Shown: one piece after another, positions 9,444 to 18,507 of the stretch
Layout of the letters: the number at the start of each line of letters is the position of its first letter
Numbering within the stretch: position 1 is the stretch's first letter
Assembly (NCBI GenBank): GCA_045638525.1
Contig: JAZUBQ010000019.1
Coordinates: forward strand, 8,418 to 72,417
Direction of reading: 5' to 3'
Origin: Clostridia bacterium
Lineage (GTDB): Bacteria; Bacillota; Clostridia; UMGS1840
DNA length: 64,000 nt
The notes under the pieces: generated by a model
What the model was told of the DNA's origin: nothing
The model's input: the letters and a program-made list of their open reading frames with translations, nothing else
Database searches by the model: none
Made by a program: the position numbers and the translations under genes

Positions 9444-11289
9444 AAATCTGGCAAAATTTGTCTGCCACGAATTTAGTGAACGTTCGGAAAAGCGAAATCA
9501 ACTGGAATTAAAATGGAACTTAAATATCAATTTTTTAAACGGCAACCAATATTGTGATGCCGATTATAATCAAAAAAAGATTTTTTCCATCGAAAAACTG
9601 TATGATTATCAGGAAAGAGCTGTTTACAACAACATTGCGCCGATTATCGAAACCCGTATCGCCAAGCTGTCGGATGTGGTTCCCCAAATCGGTGCAATCA
9701 CAAACAGCTCGGATTTAAACGACATTTCCAATGCAAAAATCTCGACGGCAGTTTTAAAAAGCATTCATAAACAATTAAACTTCCCTGAAAAAATAGCACA
9801 AGCAGTTTCCATTTCCGAAATGCTGGGCACCGCCTTTTATAAAATTATCTGGCAAAAAGATTACGGAGAATTTTTATATCAGTTCGGTGAGGAAACTGTG
9901 AAAACCGGCGAGGTAGACACCTTAATTTGTACCCCGTATGAAATTTATCCGGAAAGCCTGTATGTGGAACAAATTTCCGAACAAAGAAGCATCATTCATG
10001 CTCATCCCTATCATGTGGATGAAATCAAAGAAAAATGGGGCATCGAAGTCAAACCCCATCGGGTCAATTTATTTTCAATGACAAATCTCACCAACATAAC
10101 CGGTGGTCTTGGGTGGACAAGCACTGCCGAAAGTGTGTGGCAGGATGTCAAAGACAACTACGATATCGTATTGGAATACTACGAAAAGCCATCGAAAAAG
10201 CATCCCGATGGCAGATTGCTGATTGTGGCATACTACAATCAAACTTTACTCTATGAAGGTCCCCTCCCCTACATCAACGGAAAATACCGCACCCGCGGAT
10301 ATCCCTTTGTAAAACAAACCGCCATCACACGCCCCGGATGTTTTTACGGAATCAGCATCATTGAACGTCTGATTCCCATTCAAAGAGATTATAATGCCAT
10401 TCAAAACCGTATTAACGAATATTTAAATCGTGCGGCATTGGGAATCCCCGTCATTGAAGACGGCAGTGTGGATGTTGACAGTCTGGAATACTACGGAATG
10501 CCACCGGGAATGCCTATTGTATACGGCAGAGGAAGTGAGCCGCCCCGTTTTATGGATACGCCTGCACTGCCTTACAGTTTCTTATCGAAGCAAGACCGTC
10601 TGGAGGAAGCCTTCATTTCTGTTTCCGGCATTTCCGAATTAACACAATTTTCCAGAGCCCCTTCTAATGTCACTTCGGGAACTGCTTTGGGAATTTTAGC
10701 ACAACAGGATGATAACCGTCTGACAGTCAGCGCAGAAAACATCCGAAATGCTGTTTTGGAAGTAGCCAAACAATGGCTCAGACTCTATCAGCAATTCGCT
10801 CTGTTTGAACGAATGTTAAAATTAGGTGGCGACGAGCTTGATAATGCACTCATTCGTTGGAATCAAAGCAATTTATTGCCCGAAAGTCTGGAATTAACCA
10901 CCCAAAATGAAATTGAAAATTCTCTGGCAGTCAAACGAGAACTCATTCGGGAATTATATGCCATGGGACTGTTTACCGACCCGAAAACAGGCAGAATCAC
11001 AGCTTCGGCAAAATCCAAAATTTTGTCTCTGTTAAAAATGGGGGACTGGGAAAATCAAATGGAGCTGGAAACCTTAAATTCCACTCGTGCAACCCGTGAG
11101 AATTTAAAATTAAGAGAAGGCATTTGTTGTTCCGTAAAAACAAGAGATCATCACGAAATTCACATAGAAGAACACACCAAATATCTTCTGACAGGTGAAT
11201 TTGAAGAACTGGAAAAATCAAATCCCACAATTTCAGAATTGTTTGAGCAGCATTTAAAAGAACACGAAGCATATCTGTGCAAAGCATAA
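9436..11289 (+). CDS. Phage portal-like protein (P22/podovirus-type portal)
   Basis: 617 aa. Segments WNLNINFLNGNQY, NNIAPIIE, GTAFYKIIW, PYEIYP, YPFV...FYGISIIERLIPIQRDYN, SGISELTQ...NVTSGTALGILAQQD and QWLRLYQQF follow the P22-like portal pattern; GGAGG RBS. Confidence 0.75.
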   Translation: MSENLAKFVCHEFSERSEKRNQLELKWNLNINFLNGNQYCDADYNQKKIFSIEKLYDYQERAVYNNIAPIIETRIAKLSDVVPQIGAITNSSDLNDISNAKISTAVLKSIHKQLNFPEKIAQAVSISEMLGTAFYKIIWQKDYGEFLYQFGEETVKTGEVDTLICTPYEIYPESLYVEQISEQRSIIHAHPYHVDEIKEKWGIEVKPHRVNLFSMTNLTNITGGLGWTSTAESVWQDVKDNYDIVLEYYEKPSKKHPDGRLLIVAYYNQTLLYEGPLPYINGKYRTRGYPFVKQTAITRPGCFYGISIIERLIPIQRDYNAIQNRINEYLNRAALGIPVIEDGSVDVDSLEYYGMPPGMPIVYGRGSEPPRFMDTPALPYSFLSKQDRLEEAFISVSGISELTQFSRAPSNVTSGTALGILAQQDDNRLTVSAENIRNAVLEVAKQWLRLYQQFALFERMLKLGGDELDNALIRWNQSNLLPESLELTTQNEIENSLAVKRELIRELYAMGLFTDPKTGRITASAKSKILSLLKMGDWENQMELETLNSTRATRENLKLREGICCSVKTRDHHEIHIEEHTKYLLTGEFEELEKSNPTISELFEQHLKEHEAYLCKA

Positions 11290-11374
11290 AATATCAAAAA
11301 AAACGGTATAAATGGATTCCATTGGGAATATAATGAAATAGAAACAATAAACTGACAGAAAGGCGGTTCCAAAA

Positions 11375-11614
11375 ATGGAAAAGCTTCTTAAAAAAATATC
11401 TGCATTATTTTCCCGGCCAAATGTATCTCCCACACTGGATGCATTGATGGAAGCCAAACGTGAAGTTGAAATCGCATGGATTAATTTCAATGAAGCAACC
11501 AAAGATGAATACGTAGACATTGCGATTATGAATTTAAATCTTGCGAAGAAAAAACTGGATGTTGCAATTAAAGAATCAAAAGAAGAAACCAACATTCAGG
11601 TCGCAGGACTATGA
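11375..11614 (+). CDS. YaaL/DUF2508 family protein
   Basis: AKREVEIAWINFNEAT..EYVDIAIMNL..AKKK pattern typical of DUF2508. Confidence 0.75.
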   Translation: MEKLLKKISALFSRPNVSPTLDALMEAKREVEIAWINFNEATKDEYVDIAIMNLNLAKKKLDVAIKESKEETNIQVAGL

Positions 11615-11651
11615 CACAACATTTCCCGTTTTCAGTTTTTTTAAATCCTCT

Positions 11652-11700
11652 CTTTAAGAAAAAAGGAACTGCTTTTTTTGCAGTTCCTTTTTTCTTAAAG
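11652..11700. terminator. Bidirectional intrinsic terminator (copy 1 of duplicated hairpin)
   Basis: CTTTAAGAAAAAAGGAACTGC-T7-GCAGTTCCTTTTTTCTTAAAG perfect inverted repeat. Confidence 0.85.
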
Positions 11701-11937
11701 ACCGCTGACAAACTCGTTCTACCGCAAGTAATAAAATAAAGAGAACACTTTCGTGCAATTAAATAACAAATAATATACACAGAAAATGGTGCGGTTTTCA
11801 TCACAAAACCGCACCATTACTTACTTTCTTCGAATTTGAACTCTACCGTACCAGTGTACGCCGACGAATTCAAATTCGAAAAATATACCTTCGTTTCTCA
11901 GTGTCTGTCTAGCTTGATGACTTTGTCATCAAGCTGA
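11698..11937 (+). mobile_element. MITE-like structured repeat, family A, copy 1
   Basis: About 240 bp, homologous to the reverse complement of 56228-56467; imperfect terminal IRs; flanked by a duplicated terminator. Confidence 0.75.
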
Positions 11938-11939
11938 AT

Positions 11940-11978
11940 AAAAAAGGAACTGCTTTTTTTTGCAGTTCCTTTTTTCTT
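11940..11978. terminator. Intrinsic terminator, direct-repeat copy 2 (probable target duplication)
   Basis: AAAAAAGGAACTGC-T8-GCAGTTCCTTTTTTCTT matches 11659-11696 apart from loop length. Confidence 0.8.
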
Positions 11979-11986
11979 GTATTTTT

Positions 11987-12628
11987 TTACAGTTCACTTT
12001 TTAACGCACAATCATAAGGGATTGCACGAAGAATTTCTTCTTCGTTGATTTTATGCGGAATTTCAACGTAAAACACATATGTAAAAACACCGTTCTTTTT
12101 CACAATATTAGTATCATATACAAGGATGCCGTTTTGGGCAAAGATTTCTTTGATAACATCTGCATTTTCAATATTCTTCACAGTTAAAATCTTGCTTTTT
12201 GGTTTTTCTGCGAAGGGAAGATGAAAATGAAGCAAAGTCTGCGCCAACAGAATCAAAATCGTTCCGGATATCCCAATCACATACATTCCGCATCCGATAG
12301 CCATCCCAATTCCCGCAGTTGCCCAAATCCCTGCCGCTGTAGTCAAGCCACTGATATTCTGATGTTTCACAAACACCATACCGGCACCTAAAAAGCCGAT
12401 ACCGCTGACAATCTGAGCCGCAATTCTGGCAGGGTCACGATTGACAACGTTGGGAATGTTCATAAATCCATAAATGGAAACCAACATCATCAGGCAAGAC
12501 GCACATGCCACAATACAATGGGTTCTAAGCCCCGCTTCTTTTGCACGGTTAGTTCTCTCCCAACCAATCAAAACGCCGCAAACACTTGCAATCACCAAAC
12601 GAAGTACATACATAAAATACTGTTCCAC
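11987..12628 (-). CDS. MgtC/SapB family membrane protein
   Basis: IGWER...AGLRTH, DPARIAAQIVSGIGFLGAG, GLTTAAGIWATAGIGMAIG. Confidence 0.93.
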   Translation of the reverse strand: MEQYFMYVLRLVIASVCGVLIGWERTNRAKEAGLRTHCIVACASCLMMLVSIYGFMNIPNVVNRDPARIAAQIVSGIGFLGAGMVFVKHQNISGLTTAAGIWATAGIGMAIGCGMYVIGISGTILILLAQTLLHFHLPFAEKPKSKILTVKNIENADVIKEIFAQNGILVYDTNIVKKNGVFTYVFYVEIPHKINEEEILRAIPYDCALKSEL

Positions 12629-12774
12629 TTTTCAATTTCTCCTATCATAATTATTTTTATGATACCACATTTTCAAAAAAATGTCGAAACTCTTTCTCTG
12701 AAAATATAAGAAACTTGCATAGTTTTCCGAGATACTGCTACTATATGCATGAAATGTGGTGTGTATACGCAATC

Positions 12775-14223
12775 TTATACGTGATGTTCTTTTAACATTT
12801 TATCACGAATATCCCAAAGCTGCTGGGATAAATCCACATAATAGGTGTGCGGATTTTCAAATCGTTTCACTTCGTCCCACAGTGTGGCAACTTCCTGGGT
12901 GCAATATTCTTTAATTTCTTTTAATGTGGGAGAGTGATACACCTGATTCCCGTTTTCAAAAATAGGAATCAGGAGTTTTTTTGCAGTAAAATTGGATATC
13001 GTTTTTCTCTTCCAGGTATACTGAGGATCAAACAACTCATATTCCGTAACCCCGTCAAAATTCTCGCCGTGTTTGGTAAGAACGTCTGCAATCGCTTTTC
13101 CGGTTTCGTTGGAATACAAACGGTACAGACTTTTAAAGCCGGGAATGGTAATCTTAGATACATTTTCCGACAATTTAATTTTGGGGATTTCTGTTTCCCC
13201 GTCAAAGACGGAAACCAATTTATACACGCCGCCGAATACCGGTTCGGATTTCGAGGTAATCAACCGTTCCCCCACACCAAAGGTATCCACCTTTGCACCC
13301 TGGTTTAACATATCCCGAATGATATGTTCATCCAATGAGTTGGATGCCACAATTTTCACATCCGGATATCCTGCATCATCCAGCATTTTTCGTGCTTTTT
13401 TTGACAAATAGGTAATATCCCCGCTGTCGATACGAATCCCCTTGGGACGAAATCCACGAGGTACCACTTCGGTATCGAACGCTTTGATTGCATTGGGGAT
13501 TCCGGACTTCAATACATTATAGGTATCCACCAACAAGGTGCAATCGGCAGGATAACTTCTGGCATAGGTTAAAAATGCCTCAAGTTCGGTATCAAACATC
13601 TGCACCCAGCTATGTGCCATCGTACCAAGTGCCGGAATGTCAAACATCTGGTCGGTTACCGTACAGGCAGTTCCGGCACAGCCACCAATATAAGCAGCTC
13701 TTGCACCGTAGATAGCACCGTCATACCCCTGAGCACGACGGGAACCGAATTCCATCACAGCTCTGCCCTCTGCCGCCTGCACAATGCGGTTGGCTTTGGT
13801 GGCAATCAGAGACTGATGATTCACAGTAAGAAGCAACATCGTTTCCATCAGCTGTGCTTCGATGACCGGTCCTTTGACGCTCACTACCGGTTCCATCGGG
13901 AAAATAGGGGTTCCTTCCGGAATTGCCCAAACCGAGGAAGAAAAGGAAAAATTCTGAAGATACTCTAAAAACTCTTCCGAGAAAATCCCTTTTGCACGAA
14001 GATACGAAATATCATCTTCGGAAAATTTCAAATTATTGATGTATTCAATCATTTGCTCTAATCCGGCCATGATGGCATAACCACCATCGTTGGGAACTCT
14101 TCTGAAAAACAAATCAAAGGCAACAATGGTATCTTTCATTCCATTTTCAAAATATCCGTTTGACATAGTAAATTCATAAAAATCAGTGAGCATTGAAAGA
14201 TTAATGTTGGGATTAAATTTCAT
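12775..14223 (-). CDS. pncB: Nicotinate phosphoribosyltransferase
   Basis: LTDFYEFTM, EFGSRRAQG, GTMAHSWV, LLVDTY, GIRIDSGD, GVYKLV. Confidence 0.95.
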   Translation of the reverse strand: MKFNPNINLSMLTDFYEFTMSNGYFENGMKDTIVAFDLFFRRVPNDGGYAIMAGLEQMIEYINNLKFSEDDISYLRAKGIFSEEFLEYLQNFSFSSSVWAIPEGTPIFPMEPVVSVKGPVIEAQLMETMLLLTVNHQSLIATKANRIVQAAEGRAVMEFGSRRAQGYDGAIYGARAAYIGGCAGTACTVTDQMFDIPALGTMAHSWVQMFDTELEAFLTYARSYPADCTLLVDTYNVLKSGIPNAIKAFDTEVVPRGFRPKGIRIDSGDITYLSKKARKMLDDAGYPDVKIVASNSLDEHIIRDMLNQGAKVDTFGVGERLITSKSEPVFGGVYKLVSVFDGETEIPKIKLSENVSKITIPGFKSLYRLYSNETGKAIADVLTKHGENFDGVTEYELFDPQYTWKRKTISNFTAKKLLIPIFENGNQVYHSPTLKEIKEYCTQEVATLWDEVKRFENPHTYYVDLSQQLWDIRDKMLKEHHV

Positions 14224-14242
14224 AATAAACCTCTTTCTTACA

Positions 14243-15517
14243 TCAGATTTCCAGTTCTGTTTCTTCCGAAAGTTCGGGAACCTCCGGCAAAATTGCCCGG
14301 GATTCTTCTTCCGACAAGGAAGAAACGCTGTTTAACTTACGCACAATGGCACGGGTTCTTACGCCCACCAGTTTCTCCAGTTCTCCGTGTGCCTGATCCA
14401 GCCGCTGCTGCGCAGATTTGATCACGGTTGAGAATTTTTCAAACTCTGTTTTCACCGCACCCAATACATTCCAGACTTCACCGGAACGTTTCTGAATGGC
14501 AAGTGTTTTAAATCCCATCTGCAAACTCTGTAAAAAGGCACAAATGGTGGTGGGACCTGCCAGATTGATTTTATAATCACGCTGCAACACTTCCACCAAT
14601 CCGTGACGAACCACTTCGGCATACAAGCCTTCCACCGGTAAAAATAAAATTGCAAAATCGGTGGTTTCCGGAGGCGAAATGTACTTTTCGCTGATATCTT
14701 TTGCAAACTGTTTGATTCGGCGATCCAACGCAGTTTTCGCCGCTTCAATTTGCGCAATATCGCCGGTATCATAAGCATCTGTCAGCTGCGTATAAGCATC
14801 CACAGGGAATTTTGCATCAATGGGCAGATATACCGGTTCTTTCCCGTCACCGGGCAAACGAATGGCAAATTCCACCACGCTGGAACTTCCTTTTTTTACG
14901 CAAACATTTTGTTCATACTGTTCGGGAGAAAACATTTGCTCCAAAATGGCACCCAACTGAATTTCGCCCAAAATCCCACGGGTTTTCACGTTGGATAACA
15001 CTTTTTTCAAGTCTCCGACACCTGAAGCAAGGGTTTTCATCTCACCAAGACCTTTATAAACTTCTTCCAGTCGTTCGGAAACCAATTTAAAGGACTGACC
15101 GATGCGATCTTCCAACGTTTTTTGTAATTTTTCGTCCACGGTGGCACGCATTTTTTCCAGTTCTTTGTTATTGTCCTCTTGCATTTTGGAAAGCTTATTT
15201 TCCACTGTTTCCCGAATGTGTTCCAGCTTTTTCTCGTTGTTTAACGAAAACTGATTCAACCGCTCTTCCGAAGAACGCAACCGTTCGGAAATTTCTTTCT
15301 GAAAGGACTCAAAACGAAGATTTAATTCCTTGATTCTGACGTCTTGCTGTTGAGACGACTGTTGCTGAGTCTGCGACAACATATCAGACATATTTCGTAA
15401 CTGATTGGCAAGTTCCATTCTGAGATTGGTTAAATCATTCTGATTGTTTTTTGTAGCTAACAAAATAATCAAAAGCACCACAATTACAATGGACAACGCC
15501 AAAAGGATGTATTCCAT
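14243..15517 (-). CDS. rmuC: DNA recombination protein RmuC
   Basis: N-terminal TM plus coiled coil; KTRGILGEIQL, IDAKFP, TTDFAILFLPVEGLYAE. Confidence 0.94.
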   Translation of the reverse strand: MEYILLALSIVIVVLLIILLATKNNQNDLTNLRMELANQLRNMSDMLSQTQQQSSQQQDVRIKELNLRFESFQKEISERLRSSEERLNQFSLNNEKKLEHIRETVENKLSKMQEDNNKELEKMRATVDEKLQKTLEDRIGQSFKLVSERLEEVYKGLGEMKTLASGVGDLKKVLSNVKTRGILGEIQLGAILEQMFSPEQYEQNVCVKKGSSSVVEFAIRLPGDGKEPVYLPIDAKFPVDAYTQLTDAYDTGDIAQIEAAKTALDRRIKQFAKDISEKYISPPETTDFAILFLPVEGLYAEVVRHGLVEVLQRDYKINLAGPTTICAFLQSLQMGFKTLAIQKRSGEVWNVLGAVKTEFEKFSTVIKSAQQRLDQAHGELEKLVGVRTRAIVRKLNSVSSLSEEESRAILPEVPELSEETELEI

Positions 15518-15540
15518 GTCAAAAACTCCTTTCCCGCAAT

Positions 15541-16638
15541 TTACCGATATTCTCTTTGGATGGCGGAATCAATCAACAAAGGATTGCACTCTACTTTCAC
15601 AATATCGTTGGGTTTTAGGGTACCATCATTTTTCACAATGGCACAATACATTCCCACACGCCCCAAAATCTCATACTTTCCTTGATATAACCAGGTTTTC
15701 TTGCCCAAACTTTTTAAATCGGTATAAACATATCGCAAAATGTCAATCAAACGGAAAGCATCATTTAATTTTGTGGTTCCAAAACCGTCTTTATAGCCGA
15801 TTCCAATCACCGCAGTATCAATATCTTCCTTTGCAGTATAGGTGTTACCGTAAGCAATGTTATCCCCTTTTTTCAGTCTTCTCACATCCAATACCATCGT
15901 TTCCATATAGGCAATCCGATGAAGCCGAACAGGCGATTTCATAGGCAACCGTCCCAAAAACGCAGAACCGATTCTTACAGCATTGCGATTTTTATTGGGA
16001 TACAGCAAAGCTCCGCAGGAATTTGCACTGTGAATCAAAATCCCGCTTAGCAACTCGGGATACTCCGCTTTTAACACGGACAGAATTTTGTCGAAGCGTT
16101 CGTCCTGAATTTTAGTCAGCTGATATTTTGATTCAAAAGAGCAGGAATAATGGGTAAAAATCCCTGTAATACAAAAAGATTTTTGATGTTTCTGTATCGT
16201 TTTAAGAATTTCATCGGGAGCCCGGTCATCAAAGCCGAATCTTCCGAATCCGGTATCAATTTTCAAATGAACGGATGCAGCAATTTCAAGCTCTTTGGAA
16301 ATTTCTGCAATCAAAGAAGCGTGTTCCAAACTGCCTACCGTTAAGGTAACGCCTTTGTGAATCAGTTCCTTCACTGTTTGCGGATGATTCTGTGGTGTCA
16401 TCAATAGTACCGTAGCATCACAAAAACGTTCATCCTCTTTTAAACGAATTGCCTCTGCCGCTTCCGAAACCGCAAAATGAGTAATTCCCTGTTCTGACAG
16501 AAGGGTTGCATACGGTATCAGTGATAACCCGTATCCATCCCCTTTTACCACCGCAATCACAGTGTTATCCTGACAGAAGGATTTGATATTTTGGATATTT
16601 TCTTTTAATTTATTGGTTTCAATCACCATTTTTTTCAT
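15541..16638 (-). CDS. alr: Alanine racemase-like PLP enzyme
   Basis: AVVKGDGYG (PLP Lys), VHLKIDTGFGRFG, HSANS, VRIG, IAYG, GYKDG. Confidence 0.8.
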   Translation of the reverse strand: MKKMVIETNKLKENIQNIKSFCQDNTVIAVVKGDGYGLSLIPYATLLSEQGITHFAVSEAAEAIRLKEDERFCDATVLLMTPQNHPQTVKELIHKGVTLTVGSLEHASLIAEISKELEIAASVHLKIDTGFGRFGFDDRAPDEILKTIQKHQKSFCITGIFTHYSCSFESKYQLTKIQDERFDKILSVLKAEYPELLSGILIHSANSCGALLYPNKNRNAVRIGSAFLGRLPMKSPVRLHRIAYMETMVLDVRRLKKGDNIAYGNTYTAKEDIDTAVIGIGYKDGFGTTKLNDAFRLIDILRYVYTDLKSLGKKTWLYQGKYEILGRVGMYCAIVKNDGTLKPNDIVKVECNPLLIDSAIQREYR

Positions 16639-16665
16639 GGGATTTCTCCTTTCCTAAAAAAGGAA

Positions 16666-18501
16666 TTAACGAGTGTTACACACGCTGTTACACTGATAAC
16701 GGTTAGCACCGCAACCTGCACATTTATCCTGACAGTTGGGAGTGGTGACAACCTCTTTTGCCGCCATCAGTTCCCGTTTGAAGAAGTCCTTGGTAACGCC
16801 ACAGAAGGTAACATCCCATGGAAGCACTTCATCCAGCGAACGTTCTCTTTCATTATAGAAACTCATATCCACACCGGCATTCTGGAAAGCTTGCTGCCAT
16901 TTTTCAAAGGAGAAATATTCATTCCAGCCATCCAACTTACAGCCTAATTTATGCGCCTCCAAAATGACCTTGCCCAGTTTTCTGTCTCCACGGGCAAAAG
17001 CTGCTTCTAATACAGAAGTTTCAGCATCATGCCAGTTTAAGCGAATATTTTTAGAACGCAAACTATCTTTTAACAGATTTTGTTTTCGTAAAATGGTTTC
17101 AAAAGAATCCTGCGGTGCCCACTGGAAAGGAGTGTGCGGTTTGGGAACAAAGGTAGAAACAGAAACGGTGATTCCAAATCGTTTCCCACGCTTTTCTTTG
17201 GGGACAGCATAATATAAAGATTCAATTTTCTTTACCAGTTCGCTGATGCCCAAAACGTCTTCATCGGTTTCAAAGGGAAGTCCAATCATAAAATAGAGCT
17301 TCACGGTGGACCATCCGTTTTCATAGGCAAACTGCATGGTGTTTAAAATCGTTTCTTCTGAAATATTTTTGTTGATAATGTCTCTCATCCGCTGAGTTCC
17401 CGCTTCGGGAGCAAAGGTCAAAGAGCTTTTTCTGACTTCGGAAAGGCTTTCCAGTGCCTCCTCGTGGAAATTATCAATACGAAGAGAAGGCAATGCCAGA
17501 TTAATCATATTTTCTTTTGTGAAGGTATTTAATTTTGCTTTTAAATCTTTTAAGCCCAGATAGTCACTGGTACTTAAAGAAGAAAGTGAAATTTCTTCAT
17601 ATCCGGTATGACAGAACGATAATTTTGCAAGTTCAGACAGCTTGTCTGCGTCTTTTTCACGTTTGGGACGATAAATATAACCTGCCTGACAGAAGCGACA
17701 ACCTCGCATACAACCGCGCATCACTTCCAAGGTGATTCGATCGTGTACCGCTTCGGTAAACGGAACTACCAATTTTGTGGGAAATACGGCATTTGATAAA
17801 TCGGTAATTACCGTTTTTTCCACAGTTTTGGATACCGATTTCACGGTACCGTCTTCGTTATATTCTACCTCTACTAAGGACGGTACATATACGCCCTGCA
17901 AGGTGGAAAGTTTTTCTAAAATTTGAGTCTTTGTCCAGCCTTTTTTCTTGCCTTCCAAAATGATATCGGAAACCAGAAGAATCACATCTTCCCCTTCCCC
18001 AATCATAAAAAAGTCGATAAAATCAACCAATGGCTCCGGATTGTATGCACAAGGACCCCCTGCACAAACCAGCGGAAATGTGTCATCACGATCTTTTGCC
18101 AAAAGCGGAATTTCTGCAAGAGAGAGCATAGACAAAATGGAAGAATATGACAACTCATACTGCAACGTAAACCCAATCACATCGTGAGCTTTCAAGGGCA
18201 TTTTGCTTTCCAGAGAATACAAAGGTATTCCGTGTTCTTTCATTTTGTCTTCCATATCCTGCCCAACCATAAAAGCACGTTCCGCCCAGATATCTTCACG
18301 ACGGTTTAAAATTTCATATAAAATTTTGATTCCCAGATGGGACATTCCGATTTCGTACAAATCAGGAAAACAGAAGGTAAAATGCAAATCTGTTTTATCC
18401 CAATCTTTTTCCACGCTGTTATATTCTCCGCCGGCATACCGGGCAGGTTTTTCCACCTCGGACAGAATTTCTTCCAGCTTGTATTCTAAATTGTTTGTCA
18501 T
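16666..18501 (-). CDS. TIGR03960-type B12-binding radical SAM protein
   Basis: VEKPARYAGGEYNS, FPDLYEIGMSHLG, RGCMRGCRFCQAG (CxxxCxxC), TFAPEAG. Confidence 0.92.
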   Translation of the reverse strand: MTNNLEYKLEEILSEVEKPARYAGGEYNSVEKDWDKTDLHFTFCFPDLYEIGMSHLGIKILYEILNRREDIWAERAFMVGQDMEDKMKEHGIPLYSLESKMPLKAHDVIGFTLQYELSYSSILSMLSLAEIPLLAKDRDDTFPLVCAGGPCAYNPEPLVDFIDFFMIGEGEDVILLVSDIILEGKKKGWTKTQILEKLSTLQGVYVPSLVEVEYNEDGTVKSVSKTVEKTVITDLSNAVFPTKLVVPFTEAVHDRITLEVMRGCMRGCRFCQAGYIYRPKREKDADKLSELAKLSFCHTGYEEISLSSLSTSDYLGLKDLKAKLNTFTKENMINLALPSLRIDNFHEEALESLSEVRKSSLTFAPEAGTQRMRDIINKNISEETILNTMQFAYENGWSTVKLYFMIGLPFETDEDVLGISELVKKIESLYYAVPKEKRGKRFGITVSVSTFVPKPHTPFQWAPQDSFETILRKQNLLKDSLRSKNIRLNWHDAETSVLEAAFARGDRKLGKVILEAHKLGCKLDGWNEYFSFEKWQQAFQNAGVDMSFYNERERSLDEVLPWDVTFCGVTKDFFKRELMAAKEVVTTPNCQDKCAGCGANRYQCNSVCNTR

Positions 18502-18507
18502 TGACAG

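Noticed and set aside
11304-11334. sigF/sigG promoter before yaaL (GTATA...GGGAATATAAT)
   Set aside because: Spacing of 13-14 nt fits the consensus poorly; not supportable from sequence alone.
9198-11614. Calling the portal region a prophage
   Set aside because: No integrase, att repeats, terminase, capsid, tail, lysis or repressor genes; flanks are core sporulation and housekeeping genes.
12715-12744. Plus-strand TTGCAT-N18-TACTAT promoter antisense to pncB
   Set aside because: Suboptimal spacing in AT-rich DNA with no downstream gene; could arise by chance.
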